Made by a program: the position numbers and the translations under genes. Positions 1 to 8,239 of a stretch of DNA of 32,000 nt are shown in pieces. This DNA is from Mycobacteroides sp. CBMA 271 (GTDB lineage: Bacteria > Actinomycetota > Actinomycetes > Mycobacteriales > Mycobacteriaceae), in contig NZ_VTHB01000006.1 of assembly GCF_009729205.1 (NCBI RefSeq), positions 233,546 through 265,545 of the forward strand, given 5' to 3'. The notes beneath the pieces were generated by a model that searched no databases, was not told the DNA's origin, and saw nothing but the letters and a program-made list of their open reading frames with translations. Each line of letters begins with the position of its first letter. Within the stretch, counting starts at the first letter, position 1.

Positions 1-229
1 TCCGCGACCCCTCCTCGTCTTTGCGAGACCAGCCACATTGGGTTGATCGCCTCAAGGAACTCAATGACACCCACCGACATGAGGCCGGAGACGAAACGCT
101 GAAGGCGGTGACACAGAATCTCGTGTCGTCCACCCGCGCGGGCGATATCGCTGCACGGACCTCGACTTCGAATCCGTTCGGCGGCCCGCGGATACGTCGC
201 TGTACGTCGCAAAAAGCGCCCGACTCTAG
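1..229 (+). pseudogene. GGDEF (diguanylate cyclase) domain remnant, cut by the window edge and internally deleted/frameshifted
   Basis: The frame of ORF 21..260 reads VDRLKELNDTHRHEAGDETLKAVTQNLVSSTRAGDIAAR, which fits the D-x-x-K-x-x-ND-x-x-GH-x-x-GD ... D-x-x-x-R first half of GGDEF domains. No GGDEF signature follows. A second frame from about 150 reads DLDFESVRRPADTSLYVAKSARL-stop (stop 227..229), which fits the AD-x-x-L-Y-x-AK-x-x-GR domain end. Roughly 50 codons expected between the two pieces are missing. Confidence 0.45.
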
Positions 230-1116
230 GGCATGTATGTCACCGGCAGCGTGGCCGTGAGGAATCTGCGTTCGGCGAACTCGTAGGAGTAGGGCGTCAT
301 CTCGTCGTCCAAGGCCTGGCCATAGTGATCCGCGAGTTCACGCCCGGTGGTCGTCTGCGTTAGCCACCCGTGCCCCGACAACCACTCGCCGGAAGGTGTC
401 CGGTCGTCGCTCGCTTGCGCGTGAGAGAGTTCTTCTGCCTGAAACATGTTGGGCGCCAGTGCATCACGGACGTCTGCCCAGGGGTGGCCGGAAGGCGCGA
501 TCCCGTCGGTATCAGTGGCAATGATGCTGCCCAGCGCCGACATCTCGATGACTCGCTCGAAGAGGGCGTCATGGCTCCTGCCAGGCAGGTGTGACACGAG
601 CGCTTCGGCGAGCCAGGCGGTGGGAAGGTCTGGGTCAAATCCTGCCGTCGTCAGATCGGACTGCCACGGCCCGCTGAGGAATGTGCCGACCGGCCGTCGA
701 TCGGCGTGCGGCTCCGAACCGATGTCGTCCACAACGGCTTGCTTGAAGCTCAGCAGTTCGGGGTAGTCAACCTCGAAGACGGTCACGTCCGCGGGCCAGT
801 CGAGCCGGTATGCGCGGGTGTCTAGGCCGCCGGCCAAGAGCACCACCTGGCGGGTGCCGGAATGTGCCGCGGCGACCAGGGAGTCATCATAATGACGGGT
901 CATCAACGCTCGGCACCGTGCGATGAACAATGCGTAGGCGCCCGCATCGTCCGTAGAGCCGGTGTGGGCCGATTCGAGTAATGCGCGCGTGTGGGGATCG
1001 CCCGAGGCAAGAACCAAATGTTCGGCGAGGGGGTCGATGAACCAGGGAACTGTTCGGTGCGACTCGATGGCGCGAGACGCTGTGAGTGTCAGTTGAATTC
1101 GTCTACCGCGGAACAA
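226..1116 (-). CDS. Class I SAM-dependent methyltransferase (mycobacterial putative O-methyltransferase / leucine carboxyl methyltransferase-like family)
   Basis: 296-aa ORF. VVLLAGGLDTRAYRL is the hallmark SAM-binding segment of this large mycobacterial paralog family. DPLAEHLV near the N-terminus and EVDYPELL also fit the family. Confidence 0.8.
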   Translation of the reverse strand: MFRGRRIQLTLTASRAIESHRTVPWFIDPLAEHLVLASGDPHTRALLESAHTGSTDDAGAYALFIARCRALMTRHYDDSLVAAAHSGTRQVVLLAGGLDTRAYRLDWPADVTVFEVDYPELLSFKQAVVDDIGSEPHADRRPVGTFLSGPWQSDLTTAGFDPDLPTAWLAEALVSHLPGRSHDALFERVIEMSALGSIIATDTDGIAPSGHPWADVRDALAPNMFQAEELSHAQASDDRTPSGEWLSGHGWLTQTTTGRELADHYGQALDDEMTPYSYEFAERRFLTATLPVTYMP

Positions 1117-1229
1117 CTCGGTTCACCCCCTGCGGTGGCACAGCAATCTGGCGACGACTCATCAACATCAGGTCCAGATTATCGGACAGGTTGCTGCGCG
1201 AACGTGCGCGTTTCGCTGTCCTGATAACA

Positions 1230-1273
1230 AGATCTCCCCCGTCTCGACCGAGAGCCGAGCCCGGGGGAGATCT
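1230..1273 (-). terminator. Stem-loop downstream of the first ferritin gene
   Basis: Perfect 12-bp inverted repeat agatctcccccg (1230..1241) / cgggggagatct (1262..1273) with a 20-nt loop that contains its own tctcg/cgaga pair. It lies 20 nt past the ferritin stop (1293) on the minus strand. There is no clean U-tract. Confidence 0.5.
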
Positions 1274-1292
1274 GTGGGCTGTTTCTGATCGC

Positions 1293-1838
1293 TTAGAGCG
1301 AGCCACCTGCCGCCGGCGGCGCGGTGGGATCGCTGGACGCGACGGAGATCTCTCGGGCCACGAACTCCTCGAGGTCGAAGTAGTTGTCCCCGGCACGCTC
1401 GGCGACCGTGAGCAGCGTGTCCATGAGGGCGACCTCTTCCACCTGCTCCTTGAGGAACCACTGCATGAACTGCTCGCCGATGTAGTCGCCCTCATCCCGC
1501 GCGGTGCGCGCAAGCTCGGTGACCTGATCGGTGACCGTCTGCTCCTGAGCGAGGGCCAGGGCAAGTGGCTCGCGTGGTGCGGTGAATCCGTTGGTGACCG
1601 CACCAACGGCGGGGATCTCGACGGAGACCTGTCGATCGATCAGGTACCGAACGATCATCATCGCGTGATTGCGTTCCTCGACCGCCTGCTTGTAGAAATG
1701 CGCGGCGAGCTGTGGGAGGTCGGCGTCGTCGAAATACGCACCAATTGCAATATATTGCTGAGACGCGGTGAACTCGTGGCCGATTTGGTCGTGGAGGAGC
1801 GCGTTAAATTTCGTCTTAGGGGTGTCGGTCGCGGTCAT
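1293..1838 (-). CDS. bfrB: Ferritin (BfrB-type, non-heme), paralog 1
   Basis: Read from the internal Met at 1838 (MTATDTPKTKFNALLHDQIGHEFTASQQY...) the protein is 181 aa and near-collinear with M. tuberculosis BfrB as I recall it. Shared segments: KTKF..L...QI.NEFTA.QQY.AIA.YFD..DLPQLA.HFY.QAVEERNHAMM, GEQFMQWFL.EQ.EEVALM, and a C-terminal AAGG tail. The 10 extra codons of the ORF track are probably upstream read-through. Confidence 0.9.
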   Translation of the reverse strand: MTATDTPKTKFNALLHDQIGHEFTASQQYIAIGAYFDDADLPQLAAHFYKQAVEERNHAMMIVRYLIDRQVSVEIPAVGAVTNGFTAPREPLALALAQEQTVTDQVTELARTARDEGDYIGEQFMQWFLKEQVEEVALMDTLLTVAERAGDNYFDLEEFVAREISVASSDPTAPPAAGGSL

Positions 1839-1890
1839 GAATTCGACAATAGACCAGGTCAGGGGCATTGTCAGCCAAGGTCAACCTTAA

Positions 1891-1909
1891 TGAGGTTACC
1901 GTCACCTAA
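1891..1909. promoter_or_regulatory. IdeR-box-like site (iron box) upstream of ferritin paralog 1
   Basis: tgaggttaccgtcacctaa matches the IdeR consensus TTAGGTTAGGCTAACCTAA at 14 of 19 positions by hand count. It sits in a visibly AT-rich spacer 53 nt upstream of the 1838 start. Confidence 0.45.
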
Positions 1910-1947
1910 GTTGCATGCGGATATTGCGTGGGCCAATTGATAAATTC

Positions 1948-1966
1948 TTAAGTTAGCCAAAGTTAA
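1948..1966. promoter_or_regulatory. Second IdeR-box-like site upstream of ferritin paralog 1
   Basis: ttaagttagccaaagttaa matches TTAGGTTAGGCTAACCTAA at 14 of 19 positions by hand count. Tandem IdeR boxes upstream of bfrB are the known arrangement in M. tuberculosis. Confidence 0.45.
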
Positions 1967-2010
1967 TTTCTTTACACCGACAATTGGAAATCTCTGTGCG
2001 CAAAATTAAT

Positions 2011-2568
2011 CTAGGCCGCTCCTCCTGCGGCAGGGGGCGCGGTCGGATCCTGGTTAATGGGGCGATTGAGTTCACGCTGCACGAAGTTCTCTAGGTCGAA
2101 CAGGTCGCGATCGGCGCGATCGACAACCGTCAGCAGGGTGTCCATGGTGGCGACCTCCTCCACCTGCTCCTTGAGGAACCACTGCATGAACTGCTCGCCG
2201 TAGTAGTCACCCGACGAGCGGGCCGCGCGGGCCAGCGCGGTGATCTGATCGGTGACGCGCTTCTCTTGCTCGAGCGCGAGGGCGATGGGCGCCCGCGCAT
2301 CGGCGAAATCGTTGACGACGGGATCGACGCCCGGGATCGTGACAGCCACGTTCTTGTCGATGAGGTAGCGGATGATCATCATCGCGTGAGTGCGTTCCTC
2401 GATCGACTGCGCGTAGAAGCGCTTGGCGAGCTGCGGCAGGTCGGCATCGTCGTAGTAGACCGCGATCGCGATGTACTGCTGCGAAGCCGTGAATTCGTTG
2501 CGGATTTGGTCACGCAAGAGTTCTAGGAACGGCGAGGACGCGCGTGCGTGGAGATCGGTGGTAGCCAC
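2011..2568 (-). CDS. bfrB: Ferritin (BfrB-type), paralog 2
   Basis: 185-aa ORF. It contains FLELLRDQIRNEFTASQQYIAIAVYYDDADLPQLAKRFYAQSIEERTHAMMIIRYLID and GEQFMQWFLKEQVEEVATMDTLLTV, and ends PPAAGGAA. It is clearly paralogous to the gene at 1293..1838. Confidence 0.9.
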   Translation of the reverse strand: MATTDLHARASSPFLELLRDQIRNEFTASQQYIAIAVYYDDADLPQLAKRFYAQSIEERTHAMMIIRYLIDKNVAVTIPGVDPVVNDFADARAPIALALEQEKRVTDQITALARAARSSGDYYGEQFMQWFLKEQVEEVATMDTLLTVVDRADRDLFDLENFVQRELNRPINQDPTAPPAAGGAA

Positions 2569-2586
2569 AGCGAAAAGCCTAGTGCG

Positions 2587-3828
2587 TCAAGGCGTCGGTG
2601 TGGTCGGGTCGGGCAACAGGTCGGCAGGAATCTGCTGACCGGTGCGCAGGGCCTCGAACAGGCGTCCCGAGGCGTCCTCGTCCCAGGTGACGATGTCGCC
2701 CGACCAGTTCGAGGAGAACGAACCGATGGGCATCGTCAGGGTCTGTACGGAACCGGCGAGGGCCCAGCCCAATTGGGTTAAGTTCCAGCTGTGATCGCCT
2801 TGCGCGATGGTGATGGCATCGGCGGTCGAGGTGGCCAGCGGATACCAGCGGAACGGATTGGCCCAGACCGCCGGACTGTTTATCCGGTGAAACAGCGCCG
2901 CCATAAACGCCCGCTGATGCGTCATGCGATCCAGGTCGGCGCGCGGCGTCGCTCGGCTGCGCACGTATCCAAGTGCGTTGGGTCCGTTGAGCATTTGACA
3001 TCCAGGCGGCAAGTTGATCCCGGCCAGTGGATCCTCGATGGGCTCATCAAGGCACATCGAGACGCCGCCGATCGCGTCGACAACCGAGGCGAATCCGCCG
3101 AACCCGACCTCTGCGTAGTGATCGATGCGCAGGCCGGTGGCCTGTTCGACGGTTTGAGTGAGCAACGCCGGGCCGCCCAACGTGAACGCGGCGTTGATCT
3201 TGTCGCTGCCGTATCCGGGGATCGGGACGTACGAATCTCGGGGGAGCGACACCATGGTGGCCGCTCCGCCGTCGTAGAACGGGGGTATATGTACCAACAA
3301 AATGGTGTCGGTTCGGCCGTCACCGGTATCTCCGCCGGTAGCGAGCTCTGCCTCCTGTTCTGGGCTGAGGGCCTGACGGCTGTCGGATCCGACCAGAAGC
3401 CAGTTGGTGCCACTGCTGGACGCAGGCCGCTCCGGGTAGTCGGTGAGGGCGTCGACATGGCGCAACCGCCCGTCCAGCCAGAAGGTCGTGCCGATGATGG
3501 CGCAGAACCCCACGAGTACGAGCGTCATCGCAAACAGAAATGTTCGTCGTATCCAGGTGCCCCACCGCCGTTTACGTCGCGGGCGCGGCGGCCCAGGGGG
3601 AGGTGGTTTGGTCGGAGGCGCGGTCCGGCGCGGTCGAGGATCGCGTGAGGATGGCCGGGGTGGCGGCATCTGCCCGCGGCGCGGGGACGGCGGAGGGCCC
3701 GGCCGGCGTGCCGGATTGTCCCGCGGCGGGGGTGGCGGCTGCGGGTGACGGCGAATGACCTGACTGTTCTCTCGCCGCTGCGGGCGACGCCCACGGAAGG
3801 GATCAGTGGGCAGCGAAGACCCGGTCAT
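2587..3828 (-). CDS. LytR-CpsA-Psr (LCP) family cell-wall glycopolymer transferase with an Arg/Pro-rich cytoplasmic tail and one TM segment
   Basis: 413 aa. The LCP core reads TDTILLVHIP...MVSLPRDSYVPIPGYGSDKINAAFTLGGPALLTQTVEQATGLRIDHYAEVGFGGFASVVDAIGGV. The N-terminus is PPPP/RR-rich and is followed by the hydrophobic stretch FLFAMTLVLVGFCAIIG. Its position next to bfrB matches Rv3840 as I recall it. Confidence 0.85.
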   Translation of the reverse strand: MTGSSLPTDPFRGRRPQRRENSQVIRRHPQPPPPPRDNPARRPGPPPSPRRGQMPPPRPSSRDPRPRRTAPPTKPPPPGPPRPRRKRRWGTWIRRTFLFAMTLVLVGFCAIIGTTFWLDGRLRHVDALTDYPERPASSSGTNWLLVGSDSRQALSPEQEAELATGGDTGDGRTDTILLVHIPPFYDGGAATMVSLPRDSYVPIPGYGSDKINAAFTLGGPALLTQTVEQATGLRIDHYAEVGFGGFASVVDAIGGVSMCLDEPIEDPLAGINLPPGCQMLNGPNALGYVRSRATPRADLDRMTHQRAFMAALFHRINSPAVWANPFRWYPLATSTADAITIAQGDHSWNLTQLGWALAGSVQTLTMPIGSFSSNWSGDIVTWDEDASGRLFEALRTGQQIPADLLPDPTTPTP

Positions 3829-3851
3829 CGCGGCAGTCCCATGAGATCAGG

Positions 3852-4604
3852 CTAATGGAGCCAACCCAGGTGATCCCGGAGCAACGCGAACCCAACGAAA
3901 GCCACCGTGTCGATCACGCCATGGGCAACGACCAGCGGCCATAGCCGTCCGGTGCGATGCCAGACATATCCGAAGACCAGACCCATCACCAGGTTTCCGA
4001 TACCCGCAGACACGCCTTGGTACAGGTGATAGCAACCGCGCAGCACTGCCGAGGACGCGATGGCGGTCGCCGTTCCGTATCCCAGCTGCCGCAGCCGCAT
4101 CTGTAGGTACGCGACCACCACGACTTCTTCGGCCCAGCCGTTGGCGAATGCGGACAGCACTAAGACCGGAACTCGCCACCAGGTGTCATCGAGCGACGCC
4201 GGAATCACCTGGACGCTCAGGCCCATCCAGCGTGCGCCGACATACAGCGCAAGCCCCGGAAGCCCGATGAGGGCCGCCAATCCGAGCGCGCCAAGCCCGT
4301 CGGCTCGCCAGCGCCAGCGGCCCAGCCCGATCGATGACAACGTGAATCCACTGCGCCACAACAGGTATAAGGCCAGCACCCCCCACGCCACCAGCCGCGT
4401 GATCGACACCAGGTTCAGGCCGAGGTCGATCAGGCTGAGCTCGGCGCGACGCGGATTGAGCGCGACGGTCTGATTGGACAGCCCCGCCAATGCGGCGGAG
4501 GCGAACTGCAGAAGGGCGCTCACGGCGCTCATCCCGAAGGAGATGGCGAGCACGATCCCGATCTCGACGCGGATCGCGCGTGGCGAGATGTCCGATTCGG
4601 CCAT
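3852..4604 (-). CDS. CPBP family intramembrane glutamic endopeptidase (CAAX protease-like)
   Basis: Starting at Met 4604 (MAESDISPRAIRVEIGIVLAISFG...) gives a 250-aa polytopic protein. It has the EE motif (NGWAEEVVVVAYL) and His motifs (CYHLYQG, VVAHGVIDT). The upstream 112 codons of the ORF track have non-protein-like composition and overlap the divergent gene. Confidence 0.7.
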   Translation of the reverse strand: MAESDISPRAIRVEIGIVLAISFGMSAVSALLQFASAALAGLSNQTVALNPRRAELSLIDLGLNLVSITRLVAWGVLALYLLWRSGFTLSSIGLGRWRWRADGLGALGLAALIGLPGLALYVGARWMGLSVQVIPASLDDTWWRVPVLVLSAFANGWAEEVVVVAYLQMRLRQLGYGTATAIASSAVLRGCYHLYQGVSAGIGNLVMGLVFGYVWHRTGRLWPLVVAHGVIDTVAFVGFALLRDHLGWLH

Positions 4605-4646
4605 GGCGCTCAGTGTGACGGGTACGCGGCTGGTATTGGTGGAAGA

Positions 4647-5336
4647 GTGTCCGATGTGGTGAGCACTCCGCGCTATGTAGCTTCGCCCGACGGGGTGCGG
4701 TTGAGCCTGACCGTGTCCGGCGAGGGGCCACCGTTGGTGATGGTGCACGGCGCGATGGATTCCGGTGCGACGTGGTCCGGTGTGGCTATGGAGCTGGAAC
4801 GGGACTTCACCTGCTTCGTCGTGGACCGGCGTGGTCATGGTGCGAGTACCGACGCGGCGGAGCACAGCCTGGCGCGGGAGGCCGACGACGTCATCGCGGT
4901 CGCTGCCGAGGTGGGGCCCGATGCGGTGATACTCGCCCATTCCTACGGCGCCGTCGTCGTGCTGGAGGCGCTGCGCCGCGGCCTGGATGTGGCGTCGGTA
5001 GTCCTCTACGAGCCGCCGCTGCCGGTCTCGGATCGAGTGTTGGCTGCGAATCGGGAGGCGGCCGAGTCGCTGCGGACGAGGTCGACGATCGTCGTTCGGG
5101 AATCAGAAGCGGTGCAGGAATGTGTCGGAGTGCTCGGTGAGTACACCCGGGTGGCGACCCCGATGCTGCTGCTGGAGGGGACGTATTCGCCGATGCAATT
5201 CCGCGAGCCGGTGGGTTACCTGGCGCAGCGGGTGGCCGGAGCGCGCGTCAAAGAGCTTGCCGGACAAGACCATTTTGCCCATCGCAAGGCTCCGGCGATG
5301 TTCGCCGCGGTGCTCCGCGAGCTGTTGCTGGGCTAG
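4647..5336 (+). CDS. Alpha/beta hydrolase fold protein (short form)
   Basis: 229 aa. PLVMVHGAMDSGATW is oxyanion/HG-like, VVDRRGHGAS fits the fold, the nucleophile elbow is AHSYGA, and a C-terminal His lies in QDHFAH. The start codon is uncertain (GTG at 4647 or 4656). Confidence 0.7.
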   Translation: MSDVVSTPRYVASPDGVRLSLTVSGEGPPLVMVHGAMDSGATWSGVAMELERDFTCFVVDRRGHGASTDAAEHSLAREADDVIAVAAEVGPDAVILAHSYGAVVVLEALRRGLDVASVVLYEPPLPVSDRVLAANREAAESLRTRSTIVVRESEAVQECVGVLGEYTRVATPMLLLEGTYSPMQFREPVGYLAQRVAGARVKELAGQDHFAHRKAPAMFAAVLRELLLG

Positions 5337-6118
5337 ATTTTGCGGGCGCGCAGCCCGTTGAGGAACGGGCAGCCGGCCAGAATGCGCAGTGCCTGGCTCA
5401 AGCCCGCGGTGTCATCGACGGGTTCGTTGAAGGGCAGCCGCACGTCATGGTCGCCGCCGGCGCCTTCCACACGTAGTTGGATGCCGTAGCGGTCGATGCC
5501 GAGCAGCCGCACCTCGCCGTGTTGCAGGTTCAGCGGAAGCCGCCGCGCCAATCGCTCGACGAGATCTCGGTGGTCCTGATCGATATGCGACAGCCACCCG
5601 GCCTCAAGGGCGCAAAAGGGATCGGGACGCGCTCCGAGCAAGGCAGAGACGTCCACTGATTCGGCTCCGGTGGAATCGGCGACAACGACGGATTCGACGG
5701 TCAGGCACAGCAGTGCCGAGCCCGGTTCCGTGCGCAGCCGCATGTCGGTGCGGATGTCCAGGAGTGCCGGGTTGGGTGTGCGGCTGGCGATGACGTCGAC
5801 GATGGCGCGGGCCTCCCGATCGGAAGCTGCCACCACGTTGCCGCGCACCCAGACCAGCGATCGGACCGGCTCGCGCAGCGGCAGCGGTGCCTGATCGGTG
5901 AGCTCCAGCAGTGCCGGCATCCCGGACCGACCGGCGGCGAGCACCGTCGCCGCCGTGGCGCTTTCCGACGGCACGGCGACCGCGAAGGTGCCGTCGTCGA
6001 ATAGATGGTGCAGCGCGGTACCGACCACGTCGGCACCGGCGATGGCGAGGGTCGAGCTCGCGGCCCGTGCGCAGGCCGAACGAACACGCTCGGCAGTGGT
6101 GGGCGGTGCTGCGGTCAT
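5333..6118 (-). CDS. Conserved hypothetical protein, DUF2470-type C-terminal domain (PNPOx/split-barrel-like N-terminus; Rv3839-like)
   Basis: 261 aa. The C-terminal part, HIDQDHRDLVERLARRLPLNLQHGEVRLLGIDRYGIQLRVEGAGGDHDVRLPFNEPV, resembles the DUF2470 pattern (H.N.DH...L...... v.l..iDr.G..lr....... RlpF). The position between the LCP gene and pheA fits Rv3839. The family assignment is from memory only. Confidence 0.55.
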   Translation of the reverse strand: MTAAPPTTAERVRSACARAASSTLAIAGADVVGTALHHLFDDGTFAVAVPSESATAATVLAAGRSGMPALLELTDQAPLPLREPVRSLVWVRGNVVAASDREARAIVDVIASRTPNPALLDIRTDMRLRTEPGSALLCLTVESVVVADSTGAESVDVSALLGARPDPFCALEAGWLSHIDQDHRDLVERLARRLPLNLQHGEVRLLGIDRYGIQLRVEGAGGDHDVRLPFNEPVDDTAGLSQALRILAGCPFLNGLRARKI

Positions 6119-6251
6119 GGTGACCCTCCTGATAACCCGGCGAACTGAGGTAAGCCTAAGTTAACAACGGACCGCGGAGAGTGCAAGGGACACCTGTGCT
6201 GACACCTGTGTCGGAGGTTCGCCGGGTAGTCGAGCGCCTAAGGTTTGACGT

Positions 6252-7178
6252 GTGCAGCGCATCACGTACCTGGGGCCGGAGGGCACGTTCTCCGAGGCCG
6301 CGCTGACCAAGCTGCGAACGACGGGGCAGATCCCCGGCTCGGCGGATGTGGAGTCGGTGCCCGCGGGCAGTCCGCGCGACGCATTGGTGCAGGTGCAAGA
6401 GGGTGCGGCACGCTATGCGTGCGTACCAATCGAGAGTTCGCTTGAAGGGCGGGTAGTACCGACCCTCGACACGCTGGCGGCGGGTGAGCCGCTGCAGGTT
6501 TTTGCCGAGACGGTGTTGCCGGTGTCCTTCACTATCGCGGTGCGCCCCGGCATCACGGCAGACGCCGTCAAAACCGTCGCCGCCTTCCCGATAGCCGCTG
6601 CGCAGGTGCGGGAGTGGTTGGCGACCCACCTGCCAAACGCCGAGCTGGTTCCCGCCAACTCAAACGCGGCGGCGGCCGAGGACGTGAAGGCGCAGCGGGC
6701 CGATGCTGGTGTGTCGACCGCGTGGGCCGCGCAGCGTCTTGGGCTGGATGCCCTGGCCAACGGTGTGGTGGATGAGGCGAACGCCCACACCCGCTTCGTG
6801 TTAGTGGGGCAGCCGGGGCCGCCTCCGGCAGCGACCGGTTCGGATCGCACCTCGATGGTCTTGGCACTGCGGAATGTTCCGGGAGCGCTTGCTGGCGCTC
6901 TGAATGAATTCGCGATTCGGGATATTGACCTGACGTTTATCGAATCCCGGCCCACCCGCACCGGTCTGGGTGTCTACCGATTCTTCCTCGACTGTGTCGG
7001 CCACATCGACGACATCGCCGTCAGTGAGGCACTTAAGGGACTGCATCGTCGTTGTGAGGACGTGCGGTATTTGGGATCGTGGCCAAGAGGAACGACAGCG
7101 ACGGGAGGCGCCAACCCACCCGAGCTGGACGAGGCGTCCGGGTGGCTCTCCGAGACACGGGAGGGAAAGCTGCGATGA
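6252..7178 (+). CDS. pheA: Prephenate dehydratase
   Basis: 308 aa with a GTG start. RITYLGPEGTFSEAA is the canonical N-terminus. The PDT domain is followed by an ACT domain with the ESRPTR motif (FIESRPTRTGLGVYRFFLD). Confidence 0.9.
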   Translation: MQRITYLGPEGTFSEAALTKLRTTGQIPGSADVESVPAGSPRDALVQVQEGAARYACVPIESSLEGRVVPTLDTLAAGEPLQVFAETVLPVSFTIAVRPGITADAVKTVAAFPIAAAQVREWLATHLPNAELVPANSNAAAAEDVKAQRADAGVSTAWAAQRLGLDALANGVVDEANAHTRFVLVGQPGPPPAATGSDRTSMVLALRNVPGALAGALNEFAIRDIDLTFIESRPTRTGLGVYRFFLDCVGHIDDIAVSEALKGLHRRCEDVRYLGSWPRGTTATGGANPPELDEASGWLSETREGKLR

Positions 7179-7861
7179 GCGGGCGGTTGGTCCTGGTCCG
7201 CCATGGGCAGTCCTACGGAAACGTTGAGCGCAGACTCGACACCAAACCGCCGGGCGCTCCGCTGACCGATCTGGGGTTGCAGCAGGCTCGACTGTTCGCG
7301 GAGCAGTACGGGGGACATCCGCCGGCGGTGCTTATCCATTCGGTGGCGGTGCGCGCCGTGGAGACTGCCGCCGGTATCGCCGAACACCTTGGGGTGCAGG
7401 CGCTTGCGGCCGAGGGATTGCACGAGGTGCAGGCCGGCGAGCTGGAGGACCGCACCGACATGGAGGCATTTGAGATATTCGATCGCACCTATGAGCGTTG
7501 GCATTTCGGGGATCTCGACGCCCGGATGCCCGGCGGCGAGTCCGCCCAGGATGTTTTCGACAGGTACCTGCCGGTGGTCGCTGATCTGCGGTTGCGTCAC
7601 TTGGAGAACGATGCGTCGGCCGGGGATGTGGTGATAGTGAGCCATGGGGCGGCGATTCGCTTGGTGGGCGCGACCCTTGCCGGGGTGGATCCGGGTTTTG
7701 CGGTGAACCGTCACCTGCGCAATGCGGAAGCGGTTGTGTTGGCACCGATTACCGATGGCAGGTGGAGCTGCGTGCACTGGGGAGATGCGGCAGCGCCCTT
7801 CCCGCATCAGGTGGCGACCAGCGCCGAGGAGTTGGCGCAGTCGCCCGACCCGATGGGCTAG
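7175..7861 (+). CDS. Histidine phosphatase family protein (phosphoglycerate mutase-like)
   Basis: The start ATG at 7175 overlaps the pheA stop (ATGA). LVLVRHGQSYGN is the RHG catalytic motif and VIVSHGAAIR carries the second catalytic His. 228 aa. Confidence 0.85.
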   Translation: MSGRLVLVRHGQSYGNVERRLDTKPPGAPLTDLGLQQARLFAEQYGGHPPAVLIHSVAVRAVETAAGIAEHLGVQALAAEGLHEVQAGELEDRTDMEAFEIFDRTYERWHFGDLDARMPGGESAQDVFDRYLPVVADLRLRHLENDASAGDVVIVSHGAAIRLVGATLAGVDPGFAVNRHLRNAEAVVLAPITDGRWSCVHWGDAAAPFPHQVATSAEELAQSPDPMG

Positions 7862-8085
7862 CTCGCTTGCGCTATCTCATTCTCGCAATTGCATTGCGTA
7901 ACAATGCAATCGACGACGAGGCTGTGCCGTAGTAGGTAGGGTCCATCGCAGTCGGCGGCGGTGCACTCGGCGTAGCGAGCGGAATGCACGATCAACGTGC
8001 CGTGGCAATGATCAACGTCGCGGGCGCAGTCACGGCATGCAACACCGCAGCTGATGGCGTGCCGCCAGTCCGGTGACTTCTTCAT
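7858..8085 (-). CDS. Hypothetical small Cys/His-rich protein (75 aa)
   Basis: From Met 8085: MKKSPDWRHAISCGVACRDCARDVDHCHGTLIVHSARYAECTAADCDGPYLLRHSLVVDCIVTQCNCENEIAQAS, with 9 Cys. Third-position GC is only moderate, and the 3' end coincides with the AT-rich palindrome, so coding status is uncertain. No family recognised. Confidence 0.35.
   Translation of the reverse strand: MKKSPDWRHAISCGVACRDCARDVDHCHGTLIVHSARYAECTAADCDGPYLLRHSLVVDCIVTQCNCENEIAQAS
7883..7913. terminator. AT-rich imperfect inverted repeat just past the phosphatase stop (candidate terminator or protein-binding palindrome)
   Basis: attgcatt (7888..7895) pairs with aatgcaat (7903..7910) around the 7-nt loop gcgtaac. The stem extends by tcg/cga across a 2-nt bulge. 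The palindrome gcaattgc overlaps it. No T-tract follows. Confidence 0.35.
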
Positions 8086-8239
8086 ACCGGTGTTGTAGCA
8101 CCGGATACCGACAAGTGGTCGGAGGCGAGCGGGAACTACGGGAAGAAGCTGAACTCTTGCCGGGCATGCCGCCGCGCGGTTCTCCACCGTGCGGCGAATC
8201 CGAGCGACGAGCCTTGCGGTTCTTCACCACAGTTCCGGA

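Noticed and set aside
155-185. tRNA T-loop-like string ttcgaatcc (167..175).
   Set aside because: The flanking bases (tcgac / ccgtt) cannot form a T-stem. No acceptor or anticodon arms can be drawn. It lies inside the GGDEF remnant reading frame.
1871-1890. A possible third IdeR box (tcagccaaggtcaaccttaa) in the ferritin spacer.
   Set aside because: It matches only about 12/19 in the best register. The good right half-site (caacctta) needs a 1-nt indel to align. That is too weak to call by eye.
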